This document shows positions 27,990-38,126 of a DNA stretch of 64,000 nucleotides, piece after piece. A program made the position numbers and the translations under genes. Under the pieces are notes generated by a model. That model saw only the letters and a program-made list of their open reading frames with translations, made no database searches and had not been told where the DNA came from. Source of the DNA: a virus; the IMG/VR virus record IMGVR_UViG_3300032797_000632, positions 32,001 to 96,000 of that record. One strand, 5' to 3'. Position 1 is the first letter of the stretch; each line of letters starts with the position of its first letter.

Positions 27990-28898
27990 TTGGAATTCAA
28001 CGACCAAAACATAATCATCATGCGGAGGCGGACGGCCACCAAGTTTCCGCTGGTGATAGTCGATCCCGAGAAGGATGTCCCCCTCCAGATAAAGAAGGTG
28101 ACATACTCCTTCGTCGACTCTTTCGACAAGGAGGTTTGGGGCGGGGAGTTCGGGCCGGAGGGGGACCACGACCACGGGATCGACAAGGATCCCACGAAGC
28201 CGAACCTTTTCTGGTTTTCGATGGACCTCAGGAAGGCCTTCGGCGGGATCGAGTACCTCTCCTTCTTCGAGTCGGAGCTGCAGGGGGCCGACTCGGAAAT
28301 TCTGAGGAACTACAAGCTCATCAAATGCCTGGACAACGTCTATTACCGCTTGATGCCAGTCCTCCGGGGACAGATAGACAAGGCGCGGAAGACAGCCCAG
28401 CGCCTCGACATCGACGGCAAAGACTATAATTTCGACGGGCTGGACTGGGACTACAAGGACTACCAGCTAGCCACATACCTCGATCTGGGGGTGCAGATGA
28501 TAAACCTGATCAGCCCCCAGACCTACTTCTCGGTGAACAACTTCCCGCACCAGTATTTCGGGTCGCTCCTGATACTGGCCGCCATGATCTCCGCACTCGA
28601 CGCGCAGAAGCTTTTCTCGATAGACACGGACTTCGACTACTCCCTCGGGGGCAACGCCATCCGGGTGGACCATTTCACCCCCCTGAACACGTTCAACCGG
28701 GACATCGTCGAGCGCTTCAACGCCACGGTCAAGGTTTTCAAGCAGAGATATAGGAGCAAGGGCACGGCGATAATCCAGGTCCAGTACGGGATCGGGCTCG
28801 GGCGGTTCCTGAATGTGGTGCCGTCCGGCTGGTGGAGCCGGTTCGGGATAGCCGTGACCCCGCCGTCGATACCGACGAGGTTCAGCAACTGGAGCTGA
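27990..28898 (+). CDS. putative head-tail adaptor or neck protein
   Basis: Position; INLISPQTYF, DFDYSLGG. Confidence 0.6.
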   Translation: MEFNDQNIIIMRRRTATKFPLVIVDPEKDVPLQIKKVTYSFVDSFDKEVWGGEFGPEGDHDHGIDKDPTKPNLFWFSMDLRKAFGGIEYLSFFESELQGADSEILRNYKLIKCLDNVYYRLMPVLRGQIDKARKTAQRLDIDGKDYNFDGLDWDYKDYQLATYLDLGVQMINLISPQTYFSVNNFPHQYFGSLLILAAMISALDAQKLFSIDTDFDYSLGGNAIRVDHFTPLNTFNRDIVERFNATVKVFKQRYRSKGTAIIQVQYGIGLGRFLNVVPSGWWSRFGIAVTPPSIPTRFSNWS

Positions 28899-28900
28899 TC

Positions 28901-29794
28901 GTGAGTCTATTCTGGACAGAGCCTCAGCGAGTATTAAGCCGGACATGGAAGGTCAGTTTGGCCGTCCGGCAGAACCACCATCTGCTTCAAATAGCCGGCG
29001 AGCCGGTCTATCTCCTGCGGAGGATCCGGGCCGAGGACAGGGAGCCGATCGAGGGGAAAAACCCCTCCGTGGACATCGACCCGGTGACCGGACTCTATTA
29101 TTTCAATATCTGGCAGGACCCGTCCGACAAGCCGTTCCCCGACGACCGGAGCATTGCGGTGACGGTAAACGGCGAGGCTTGGCAGCAGGCATTCGACAAA
29201 TACAGCCTCGTGGGCGGCGACAAGGAGTTTGCCATCGAGATTTTCAGGAACGCCATAACGCCGGCCGGCACCCCGATAGGGGACAAGGTGGTGATCTGGC
29301 TGAGCACCCCGCCGTTTGCCCCCGCCGACGCCGTGGCATACACCTACAAGGAAATCCAAAAGACGGTGGACACGAGGACCATGCAGCCGGGTCGGGTGGA
29401 CTGCCCCGCCGGCGGTTCCGGGGCGGGTCCGGGTGCGGACAGCAAATCCCTATATGGCCTCGAGCAGTACAAAAACCCCCGGTCCATGTGGAGGGGAAAG
29501 CTTCTGCCGAACACATTCCCCCTGGCCTTTCCGGATGTCATGCGGGACAGGGTAGAGCTGTCAAACGCCGGATTCGTGAGGATATCGGAGATGAAGCATT
29601 GGACCTCCCCTCCCCCCCTGTGCCCGGCGGTGCGCGAGCACGACTATATCGTCCGCAGGACAAACGGGCGCCGGTACGAGGTGACGAATCAAACGGAGAT
29701 CAGGCTGGGGTACCGGCTGGTCCAGCAGCAGTTTGATGTGACGGAGGTCGACGCCTCGAGCTCGGTGCAGAACATCCCGGTGGAGACGAACTAA
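28901..29794 (+). CDS. putative head closure or neck protein
   Basis: Position; AGEPVYLLRR, DYIVR..RRYEV. Confidence 0.55.
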   Translation: MSLFWTEPQRVLSRTWKVSLAVRQNHHLLQIAGEPVYLLRRIRAEDREPIEGKNPSVDIDPVTGLYYFNIWQDPSDKPFPDDRSIAVTVNGEAWQQAFDKYSLVGGDKEFAIEIFRNAITPAGTPIGDKVVIWLSTPPFAPADAVAYTYKEIQKTVDTRTMQPGRVDCPAGGSGAGPGADSKSLYGLEQYKNPRSMWRGKLLPNTFPLAFPDVMRDRVELSNAGFVRISEMKHWTSPPPLCPAVREHDYIVRRTNGRRYEVTNQTEIRLGYRLVQQQFDVTEVDASSSVQNIPVETN

Positions 29795-30232
29795 ATGTAT
29801 ACGATGGAGATCAGGCCATTCAACAGGGCGGCCAAGAAGCTGGCCAACCCGCGGATGTTCCGGGATAGCCTCATCCGGCAGATCCCGATCCTGGCGGACG
29901 CCACCTACGGGATTCTGGTCAAGGAGGCCGTCAACCGGGGCTTTCTGGATTTCGCCATGAGCGTGACCCTAGACCCCAAAAGGGGCCGTATTTACACGAT
30001 CCCCGGGGCGTATGTGCAAAAGGGGCAGGCGAAGGGCATGGAGGCCACCACGCAGAAGGCAATGGCCAAGGACATGCTTGAGAGGGCCAAGGAAAAGGCC
30101 GGGGAAGGGGACGAAAAGGCCGTAAGGGGCACGATCAAGCCCACAAGCGAGGAATTGTCCTCCCTTATCAAGGCCGTGGCCCCACGGGCGTTTGATGCGG
30201 TACGAGAAGACATGGTGGAGGAGCTGGCATAG
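29795..30232 (+). CDS. hypothetical neck or tail-completion protein
   Basis: Gene order. Confidence 0.5.
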   Translation: MYTMEIRPFNRAAKKLANPRMFRDSLIRQIPILADATYGILVKEAVNRGFLDFAMSVTLDPKRGRIYTIPGAYVQKGQAKGMEATTQKAMAKDMLERAKEKAGEGDEKAVRGTIKPTSEELSSLIKAVAPRAFDAVREDMVEELA

Positions 30233-30828
30233 TGTTTTACTACCGGCTGACAAAAAAGGCGTCCCTCGAGCTGATAAACTATTTCAAGAAGTGCTTTTTC
30301 GCCTGGGAAAAGGGGCGGATTCAATTTGCGGACGGGCAAAACAAGATCCCGTTATGCAAGATGCCGGAGGTCATGCGGGAGGAGAAGTGGGAGCTTCGGA
30401 CATATCCGGCGGTCCTCGTGGGGTCCCCCCGGGGCGATCCTTTTCCAATGTCCATCAACAAGGATTATATGGACACGGACGAGACATACGGGAAGCCGGT
30501 CTACGGGTCCTATGTGGAAATGACCCTGCCGGTTTCCACGATTGCGGAAACCCGGGAGGAGAGCAACGACCTGGCGGACTTCTGCCTGATGATGATCCTC
30601 CGCCCGGACGCCAAGGAATATCTTCTCGGGTTGGGGATCGAGATACCGAAGCCCCCAAGCCTAGACGGAGACTCCTACCTCAAGGATCAAACATCGGAGT
30701 TTGGGCTCTACCGGACGGACATAGGAGTGTCCCTGAATTTTCATTGGGCAGAGATATTCGATCCGCTTGAGACGGTGCTGGATATATTCACGGATCCGGA
30801 GTTTGTGTCAGCGTTTGAATTGATATAG
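30232..30828 (+). CDS. putative tail terminator
   Basis: YPAVLV motif; upstream of sheath. Confidence 0.55.
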   Translation: MFYYRLTKKASLELINYFKKCFFAWEKGRIQFADGQNKIPLCKMPEVMREEKWELRTYPAVLVGSPRGDPFPMSINKDYMDTDETYGKPVYGSYVEMTLPVSTIAETREESNDLADFCLMMILRPDAKEYLLGLGIEIPKPPSLDGDSYLKDQTSEFGLYRTDIGVSLNFHWAEIFDPLETVLDIFTDPEFVSAFELI

Positions 30829-30912
30829 AATATTATAAAAGAGGGCCGGCCACCAAACTGGCCGGGGGTTGCCGGGGCCCCATCCCGGGGCATGGAGGAA
30901 ACATGGGATACT

Positions 30913-32109
30913 TTGACACTCTCCCGATCAAGATGCCGGGGGATTCTCGGGACTTGTGGTGCAAGGGTACCGAAGGGCCTGCCCGGCCCTTAAAATGTTA
31001 AGGGATGCGTTGAGATCACGATGGATGGTGAGACCACAGTGAGGACAGCGATGGATGCGGATGCTCAGGTCTTTGGGCACGAGGATTCCGCACCGGGAGC
31101 ACACCTGCGAGGTGTTCTTGGCCGGGACTTCGACGATCTGGCGGGCAACAGCTTCTTCCGCTTTTTGCCTGAGAATCGTGAAGAACCCGAACCACGCCAC
31201 ATCCCTCATGGATTTGTTAAGCGATCTCCAACTATTCCAAGATTTCATTTGTTCGATATAAATAATGTCATAGCTTTTGAGCAGACTGTTGGCAGTCTTA
31301 AAATGGAAGTCCCGACGCTGATTAGCGATCTTGGCGTGGGTACGGGCGACAAGAATTTGGGCCTTGTGCCTACGGCCAGAACCCTTCTGCCTCCCATCTT
31401 TCCGACGCTGGCGCATAGCAAGCTGGCTCTCGGATTGTTTGAAGAATCTGGGGTTGTCGACGATCTTTCCGTCGCTGGAGGTAAAGAACGATTCGCATCC
31501 CACATCGATGCTGGCCTCCCTGCCCGTTGGTGGCATGGGTCGGGTAGGAACATCATCGCAGGAAAAGGAAACAAACCATTGGCCAGCAGAGGTTCGGCGG
31601 ATAGTTACGGTCTTTATTTTTCCTTCGATGGGGCGGGAGAGGCGGATTGTGAATCGGCCTACCTTCTTGATAATCAGATGTTTGCCGTTGAGCTTCCATC
31701 CTGCCTGTTCGAGGGTAAAGGAATCGTAGCGATCCCGGCCCCTAAACCGAGGCAATCCTGGCCTATTGTCTCCCAGTTTCCATTGCTTTATTCTTCGAAA
31801 GAAACCTTTGTAGGACGAATCCAATCGTTCAAGGACATCTTGGAGAACTTGCGAACCGACCTTACTGAACTCGGGGAATTCTGCCTTCAGAGCAGGAAGT
31901 TCTTTCATCTGGGCATATTTATTGATGGATATTCGGTTTTGCCTGTAGGCGGAGATCCGTTGCTCGAGAGCAGTGTTATACAATCGACGGCAAAGCTCAA
32001 GCCACTGTTCGGCTCGCCGAATAGTTTGAGAATTGCCCTTAATAGAATATCGGAAGGACTTTTTCATGATCCTTGCACCAATCCAAAATTCGCATATTAC
32101 CTAAGGAAA
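30913..32109 (-). mobile_element. IS1341-like tnpB-only element
   Basis: Right end GGGAGAGTGTCAA on - strand ends at 30913; TTGAT (TAM-like) on - strand at 32114-32110. Confidence 0.65.
30928..32067 (-). CDS. tnpB: IS200/IS605 TnpB (copy 2, distinct lineage)
   Basis: CRRLYN, SQVLQ, PRFR, RuvC SIDVG, IEQM, HRDLNASLNI; CSRC/CPHC. Confidence 0.93.
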   Translation of the reverse strand: MKKSFRYSIKGNSQTIRRAEQWLELCRRLYNTALEQRISAYRQNRISINKYAQMKELPALKAEFPEFSKVGSQVLQDVLERLDSSYKGFFRRIKQWKLGDNRPGLPRFRGRDRYDSFTLEQAGWKLNGKHLIIKKVGRFTIRLSRPIEGKIKTVTIRRTSAGQWFVSFSCDDVPTRPMPPTGREASIDVGCESFFTSSDGKIVDNPRFFKQSESQLAMRQRRKDGRQKGSGRRHKAQILVARTHAKIANQRRDFHFKTANSLLKSYDIIYIEQMKSWNSWRSLNKSMRDVAWFGFFTILRQKAEEAVARQIVEVPAKNTSQVCSRCGILVPKDLSIRIHRCPHCGLTIHRDLNASLNILRAGQALRYPCTTSPENPPAS

Positions 32110-32182
32110 ATCAAGTGTTTAATGGCTATTTAATTATCGGTAGAGGTAGGTAGTTGTTTGGTCGAAAGGAGGTAGTAGAAAA

Positions 32183-32485
32183 GTGAATTACTGCAAAATA
32201 TGTGGAGAGCAAATCTCCGGGAAGACGGGTCTTAAGAAGCACCTGGAGAAAGTGCACCCCGAGGTGTCGAAGAGAAAGTATGAAGCGATGGAGAGGCTGA
32301 TACCCGATGCGGGAATGGCGGTCTGGCACCGGCGTCAGGATCTGCAGAAGGCTTTTCCCGAGCCGCTGAACATGGAAAAGGGGATCGGGGCGAACAAGAA
32401 CTACCTCGAATGGATGAAGAAGTGGGGCGTCAAAGAGGAGCCGGAGATCGCCGAGCACTTCAAACAGACGGAGGGAGGTAATTAA
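32183..32485 (+). CDS. C2H2 zinc-finger protein
   Basis: CKIC-x8-LKKHLEKVH; AAGGAGG RBS. Confidence 0.7.
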   Translation: MNYCKICGEQISGKTGLKKHLEKVHPEVSKRKYEAMERLIPDAGMAVWHRRQDLQKAFPEPLNMEKGIGANKNYLEWMKKWGVKEEPEIAEHFKQTEGGN

Positions 32486-32487
32486 CC

Positions 32488-33807
32488 ATGGCGGAGAGAG
32501 CACCTGGCGTAATCGTAACCGTCGTCCCGGATGTTGCGGCCGTGGCCCCGCCGCTGTTCGAGCGGTACCCATGCATCATCGGGGCTGGCGAGACTGAGCT
32601 TCCGTACTACGACGAGAATGTCGAGAGGGCGGCCTACGGGGACATCGACCCGCTCGCCCACTCGGGCGTCAATCGGATCCTGCAGATCGGGGACATTCCC
32701 GGGCAGGACAAATACGAGGAGGGCGTGGACTTCGTCCTCACCGGCGATTCCGTGGAGTGGCTCCCGGGTGGCTCGAGGCCGGTCACCGGGGTGACATACT
32801 ATGTGAGCTACACCACCGACCTGCCCGCCTCGGCGTTTCTGCCGAAGCTGTACTTCGACGGGAACACAATCATCAGCGAGCACGGAAACAAGACCAAGGT
32901 GGCGGGGGGGATCAACCCTGCGGTGGTCGCCGCCATCATCGCCCTGGACAACGGATCGAAGGGCGTCTACATCATCCAGCTCGACCCGTCCAAGGGGAGC
33001 CTCGATAACCAGTATCTCGATGCCATCGAGAAGCTGGCCACCATCCAGGATGTGAAGCTGTTCGTCGTCCCGCTGGATGTGGACTCGGATGTCACCGCCG
33101 CCCTCTTTAACCACTGCGTGATCTTCTCGACCCCGCAGAGGAAACAGGAGCGGACGCTGGTGGTTCCGGTGGCCAAGAACACGGACTACGCCACCTTCCG
33201 GAACATGCCGTCGCTTTTCCGGCATAAGAGGGCGCACATTCCCGCCTGCTACAACGGGGAAGTCACCCTCATCGGATTCTCGGGAACCTTTAACCAGGTC
33301 TACGCCGGGGTGGCGGACATCGCCAAGTGGTGCTCGGGGGACGTGGGCCAGACCTACTCCGACGAGCCCCTGTCCGACTTCCAGTGCATCGCCGATTTCA
33401 CCGGCCCGCAGATCGACAACCTGGTGGGAGTGGGCGTGTCGCCGATCAAATCGGGAAGCGGGATCCCGAGGCTGGTGATGGGCATCACCACCGATGTCAG
33501 CACGGCCATCAACGAGGACCTCGGTATCCAGGACATTGAGGACTATGTGAAGAAATACTGGCGGGACGGCATGTGGGGCATCTACCGGAACGCGCGGATC
33601 GTCCCGGGCTTCGCCGACCAGCTGGTCAACTCCTCGATCGGGATGCTCGAGCGCCTGATCACCGACAAGATCGTCACCGCCTACCGGGACATCTCGGCCA
33701 TCCCCGACCCGGTGGAGCCGAGGAAATTCCGGATGTTTGGCAGAATCCAGCCCACCTTCTCCCTGCAGTGGCTGGATGTCGAGTGGGTGTTCTCGGCCAG
33801 CGTTTAG
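32488..33807 (+). CDS. contractile tail sheath protein
   Basis: N-terminal APGV, HC...S.P..KQER, GITTD, DPVEPR, P.FSLQWL. Confidence 0.88.
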   Translation: MAERAPGVIVTVVPDVAAVAPPLFERYPCIIGAGETELPYYDENVERAAYGDIDPLAHSGVNRILQIGDIPGQDKYEEGVDFVLTGDSVEWLPGGSRPVTGVTYYVSYTTDLPASAFLPKLYFDGNTIISEHGNKTKVAGGINPAVVAAIIALDNGSKGVYIIQLDPSKGSLDNQYLDAIEKLATIQDVKLFVVPLDVDSDVTAALFNHCVIFSTPQRKQERTLVVPVAKNTDYATFRNMPSLFRHKRAHIPACYNGEVTLIGFSGTFNQVYAGVADIAKWCSGDVGQTYSDEPLSDFQCIADFTGPQIDNLVGVGVSPIKSGSGIPRLVMGITTDVSTAINEDLGIQDIEDYVKKYWRDGMWGIYRNARIVPGFADQLVNSSIGMLERLITDKIVTAYRDISAIPDPVEPRKFRMFGRIQPTFSLQWLDVEWVFSASV

Positions 33808-33839
33808 GTCAGCAGGGCTAAAAGAAGGAGGAAAGGCAG

Positions 33840-34301
33840 ATGCCAGACCAGATTGATGCATTGGCGGGAAAGATAAGCCACGCCGTATTTTACGCCTACC
33901 AGATCACGGTCAACGGGCAGGTGGTCGGGAGCCTCCAGAATTTCGGGGCGACCTCGAGCCAGGACGCCGAGCGGGTCCGCGAGATCGACTTCGCCCAGGG
34001 CACCCGGGTGCTTGAGATCCTGGCGGGCGGCACGGACATCCGGCTGCGGGCCGAGCGGGTCCAGCTGTTTCTCAAGCCCCTTTTCAAGGCACTGGGGCTC
34101 CCCGACGGGGAGTCCCTCGAGGACTACAAGGGCCCCTTCGACATCCTGGAGACCGAGAAGCGCCCCGATGGGTCCAAGCGCCTGAGGCGGTACCACGGGT
34201 GCGTGATCGCCAGCTACGAGCGGGCGATAACCGTCGGGACGATCCACATCGCCGAGCGGTGCGACATCGAGTGTGCCTGGATGGATGGTGCCGACTCGTA
34301 G
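33840..34301 (+). CDS. tail tube protein 1
   Basis: Follows sheath; ITVNGQVVGSLQ, YHGCVI. Confidence 0.8.
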   Translation: MPDQIDALAGKISHAVFYAYQITVNGQVVGSLQNFGATSSQDAERVREIDFAQGTRVLEILAGGTDIRLRAERVQLFLKPLFKALGLPDGESLEDYKGPFDILETEKRPDGSKRLRRYHGCVIASYERAITVGTIHIAERCDIECAWMDGADS

Positions 34302-34313
34302 CGGTTCGATGAG

Positions 34314-34787
34314 ATGCCCAATCTGCCGTGGACTAGACACGCCGTATGGTATGCCTACGACATCAGGGTCAACGGGCGGATTGTGGGCAGTCTGCAGAAT
34401 GTCGGCTCCGAATTCAAGCAGGACCTCGAGCGGATAAGGGAGCTGTTTGAGAACACGGGGACCCGGGTTCGGGAGATGGTCCCCGGCAAGACGGACATAA
34501 GCCTGAGGGTGGAGCTTATCCAGCTCTACCGGACCCCGCTTTTCAGGGCCCTCGGGTATGAGGTTTACAGCCTCGAGCAGTTCAAGCACAAGTTCGATGT
34601 CGTCGAGCGGGAACACTGGCCCGACGGCACGGTCATTCAGAGGGTATACCACGACTGCATGATCGCATCCTACGGCAGGACGATAGCCACCGCCACGGCC
34701 CATGTGGCCGAGCGGGCGGACCTCGAGGTTGGGTGGGTGTCCGGCGGGAAGTCCCCCCTCGGGGACATAACCGGCGTGTTCGGGTAG
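34314..34787 (+). CDS. tail tube protein 2 (paralogue)
   Basis: IRVNGRIVGSLQ, YHDCMI, HVAER. Confidence 0.8.
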   Translation: MPNLPWTRHAVWYAYDIRVNGRIVGSLQNVGSEFKQDLERIRELFENTGTRVREMVPGKTDISLRVELIQLYRTPLFRALGYEVYSLEQFKHKFDVVEREHWPDGTVIQRVYHDCMIASYGRTIATATAHVAERADLEVGWVSGGKSPLGDITGVFG

Positions 34788-34806
34788 AGAACGAAGGGAG
34801 GATGAG

Positions 34807-35310
34807 ATGGCGGACATGATGGATCCAATCGCTCAAATGTTTTCGGTGGGCAGGGCCTTTTCGGAAAAGATTGAGGTCCTGCCCGGGGTCCGGATCATCT
34901 TCCGGGTCCTGAGCCCCCGCGAGCAAATCGAGGTGGGCGAGGCTATGCAGAGGCACTCAAACGGGGATTCCCGATTCCTGGAAATCATGCTTCAAACACT
35001 CGCCCGGGCGATTTATGTGCTGAACGATGGCATGGCCCTCATCCTAGATCAAACGGCGTGCGATGATATGGCCAAGACGCTGGGGCGCCAGCCGAACAGG
35101 GTGGACCAGGCGTATCACATACTTTCCACGAAAGTGGAAAGGCCCGTTGTGGAGCTTATGTACACGGAGTACATGGCGTTTTACGCCAAGCTCTACGAGG
35201 GGATCGACGAGCTTAAAAAAAAATTGAAGCCAGTCCCGCCTGGCGAGCAGACATCGAAATCTGCAAGTACTTCCGGGTCCTCCCAACCGACCATCGATTC
35301 CAAGACCTGA
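34807..35310 (+). CDS. tail assembly chaperone (short form)
   Basis: Between tube and tape measure genes. Confidence 0.75.
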   Translation: MADMMDPIAQMFSVGRAFSEKIEVLPGVRIIFRVLSPREQIEVGEAMQRHSNGDSRFLEIMLQTLARAIYVLNDGMALILDQTACDDMAKTLGRQPNRVDQAYHILSTKVERPVVELMYTEYMAFYAKLYEGIDELKKKLKPVPPGEQTSKSASTSGSSQPTIDSKT

Positions 35311-35615
35311 ACGATATCCAGAAGTTGGCGATGATTCACGCCATCGTCGAGAGCAGGGAGGAGGATGCACAGAGGGCCCGTATGCTTCTGGAGGAGATCA
35401 AGCCGTGGATCAATCCCTTAATGTGGAAAAAGATGGAGGAATCGAAGGAGGTTCGGAAAAACATCCTCGAGTCCGAGGACTTTAAGGATCTTGGAGGCTG
35501 GTATCTGGACGAGGAGGGAAACTTGAAGCATCCGTTGATTGATGATGATGCCGGGAAGGAAAAGCGACCCACAGAGGAATACCATCCCTCTTTCGGTCCG
35601 GCACCGGAGGCATAG
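34807..35615 (+). CDS. tail assembly chaperone, -1 frameshift product
   Basis: A9 run at 35215-35223; -1 frame reads IEASPAWRADIEICKYFRVLPTD.. into ORF 35325..35615. Confidence 0.75.
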
Positions 35616-35618
35616 TCG

Positions 35619-38126
35619 ATGCCAGAGGTAAGAGCAGAGGAGCTTGTCGTTTTCAAGCCCGACAAGGCGGGGCTTGCTCAGACGCAAGCGGCGATCATCG
35701 CGCTTGAGGGTACGCGCAAGAAGTTCCTCGAGGACCAAAGAAAGATCATCGATGTGATGTCCAAGCAGGTGGGCGGGCAACTCAAGGGCCTCGAGGATCT
35801 CACTAAAAAAGAAAGGGAGCGGAGGGACAATGTCCGTGCCATACACGGGATAATGGGGATGATCGCCCGGGATAATGCCGAGTTGGGCGGGCAGATAGGG
35901 GAGTATCTGGAGCGGGTGAAGGAATCCACGGCGGAGGGTAAGGAGGGAGCCGTGGAGGCGGCCCAGGCCGAGCGAGAGCGTGCACAGGCGATATTGAGCA
36001 CATTGGACATGATCGATGGATTGATCGAAGGCGAGAAGGGGATCAATCGGGAGCAGGAGGAGTATCTAAACAGGCAGAAGCAAGAGTTGATGGGGGCCAA
36101 AGATATATACGAGGTGCAGAGCAAGAAACGGGAGATCAGCAAAAAGCTCGGGGTGGAGCATAAGAGGGAAACGGATCTTCTGCTGAAGGATCTCGGGCTA
36201 GTCAAGCAAAAAACGGTGATTGACGAAAAGGATGCAAAGATAATAAAGGAAAGAATTAAGGGTTTGAGTATAGAACAACAATGGGCGTTTAGGTCCGCCC
36301 AACTGCAGGCCCAAACAATGCGGATCACGGAGTTTCAGGGGATGAGGCTTGAGACGGTGAATGGTCTGACGGGGGCTATCAACAAGAAGACGGGGGAATG
36401 GTACGGCACGATGGCCAAGATGGGAGTATGGGGGCTAGTGGCTGCGGCGGTGGCGGGTGTGGCGAGGCACATGCAGATGATGGCGGCGGGAGGTATGCAG
36501 GTGAGCGCCCACATGAGGCAGGGGGCGGTTGATGCTGAGCAAATGGTCAATTGGACGGGGAAGATGCAGCTGGACTTCGGCATGGGGAGGGATGAGGTTC
36601 TCGGGCTGACACAGTCGCTATCCGAGGCTGGCATGAACTTGACAGAGATAGATGGCGAGATGGAAAAGATATATGCTCGCCAATTTTTATGGGGAGTGGA
36701 GACGGGAAAACAGGTAGAGATGATTCGCCATATTCAGTACAACACCCGGACGACCGCCAGCGAGGCAAGCGGGTTGCTGGATATTGCGATAGCTACTGGC
36801 AGGGAGCTCGATGCTTGGTCGGTGGAAGAGGTCGTAACCCAGATGGGGATTTTCACAAAGGATCTTCGTGGTGGGAAGATGGATGCCCTAACCACGATGG
36901 CACTTTTCAAAACCATAGCTGCTACGGCGGAGACCGTCGGGGGCCACATGAATGTGTTCGCTGGCATGTCCAAGGATGCCCGGACGACGATAATGGGCAT
37001 GGTAGGAAACATGGAGGAGATGAGTGCACAGCAGTTAGTGTTCATAGCACAGAACTACAAGTTTCCCGAGGGTATAAAGGGGGCGGCGGAGCAGGTCCAA
37101 TACCTGCGGAAGGCGTTCCAGGGGCTGGCCATTGATGAGGCGACTGGAAAACCTATTGATGCCATGAGGGCCAAGGCCGAGGCTCTCGGATCAATATTAA
37201 AGACGACCATGGGAATGATGCCAAAGACGGCAGGTCCAATGCAGGTGGAGTTTCGCATGACGGAGCTGATGACCAGAATGTTTCCCGATTTGGCGAAGGT
37301 CGCCCCGGAGATGGCCTCGAAGCTAGTCCCGCTCATACCGCTCATGGAGAGCGGGAAAAACATTCAGGATGAGTTGCTGGCCGTTTACAAGGATGCGGAG
37401 GCCAAGGTTCCCAACCAGCAAAAGATAGCGCAAGATCAGCTTGATGAGGCGAAAAAAACCTCGTTTTACTCCATGGGGATAAAGGAGATGCTGGCGAGGC
37501 TTGTCGGGTTGGTTGCTTCGATAATATCCAAATTCCCGGGCCTAGGGGGGCTACAAGAGGAAATAGGCAAATTGCAAGAGCAATACCAGGAAACCGGAGA
37601 ACCCATAATGCGCTACAGGTTGGGGGAAGAGTTGTATGAAAAAGTTGGGGATGAGATGAAGAAGGTGACTGCCAAAAGGGAGGATATTGTAAAGGCGTCC
37701 GGCGTGCCCGTGGCTGAGGTGCAGGTTGCATCGTTGGCTGCCGCCGTCGCCGCAGGGGGCAAAGGAAAGATAGGGGAACCAGCGAAGAGCGAGGCTACCG
37801 CCAAGGAGATGATAGCTGCACTCGAGAAAACATTAGAGGCAAAGGCAAGGGAATTAAGAATGCTAGCCGCTCCCAAACCCGGCGAAGGCTTTGGTGGTGA
37901 GGGAATACAACGATTGCCAGAAAAGGGCAAGCGGGAATTAGCGAACATAATTCAGGCGGTGGCCTTAGTGAAACACGAGACCCCGCTGGAGCTTCAAACC
38001 AGAATGAGGATAAATTTGGATCTGACCAGCTACTACGACCCACGCAAGCAAGAGCATATAATCGAGCAGAAGGACACAAGGGGCAAACAGAGCAGGGTGG
38101 CAAAGGGAGGTAGCAGAAAACCATGA
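35619..38126 (+). CDS. tape measure protein
   Basis: 835 aa, helical, follows chaperone. Confidence 0.8.
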   Translation: MPEVRAEELVVFKPDKAGLAQTQAAIIALEGTRKKFLEDQRKIIDVMSKQVGGQLKGLEDLTKKERERRDNVRAIHGIMGMIARDNAELGGQIGEYLERVKESTAEGKEGAVEAAQAERERAQAILSTLDMIDGLIEGEKGINREQEEYLNRQKQELMGAKDIYEVQSKKREISKKLGVEHKRETDLLLKDLGLVKQKTVIDEKDAKIIKERIKGLSIEQQWAFRSAQLQAQTMRITEFQGMRLETVNGLTGAINKKTGEWYGTMAKMGVWGLVAAAVAGVARHMQMMAAGGMQVSAHMRQGAVDAEQMVNWTGKMQLDFGMGRDEVLGLTQSLSEAGMNLTEIDGEMEKIYARQFLWGVETGKQVEMIRHIQYNTRTTASEASGLLDIAIATGRELDAWSVEEVVTQMGIFTKDLRGGKMDALTTMALFKTIAATAETVGGHMNVFAGMSKDARTTIMGMVGNMEEMSAQQLVFIAQNYKFPEGIKGAAEQVQYLRKAFQGLAIDEATGKPIDAMRAKAEALGSILKTTMGMMPKTAGPMQVEFRMTELMTRMFPDLAKVAPEMASKLVPLIPLMESGKNIQDELLAVYKDAEAKVPNQQKIAQDQLDEAKKTSFYSMGIKEMLARLVGLVASIISKFPGLGGLQEEIGKLQEQYQETGEPIMRYRLGEELYEKVGDEMKKVTAKREDIVKASGVPVAEVQVASLAAAVAAGGKGKIGEPAKSEATAKEMIAALEKTLEAKARELRMLAAPKPGEGFGGEGIQRLPEKGKRELANIIQAVALVKHETPLELQTRMRINLDLTSYYDPRKQEHIIEQKDTRGKQSRVAKGGSRKP

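Noticed and set aside
30815-30840. Archaeal TATA box, suggesting an archaeal host
   Set aside because: Amidase endolysin, sigma70-type promoters and in-CDS SECIS position all point to a bacterial host.
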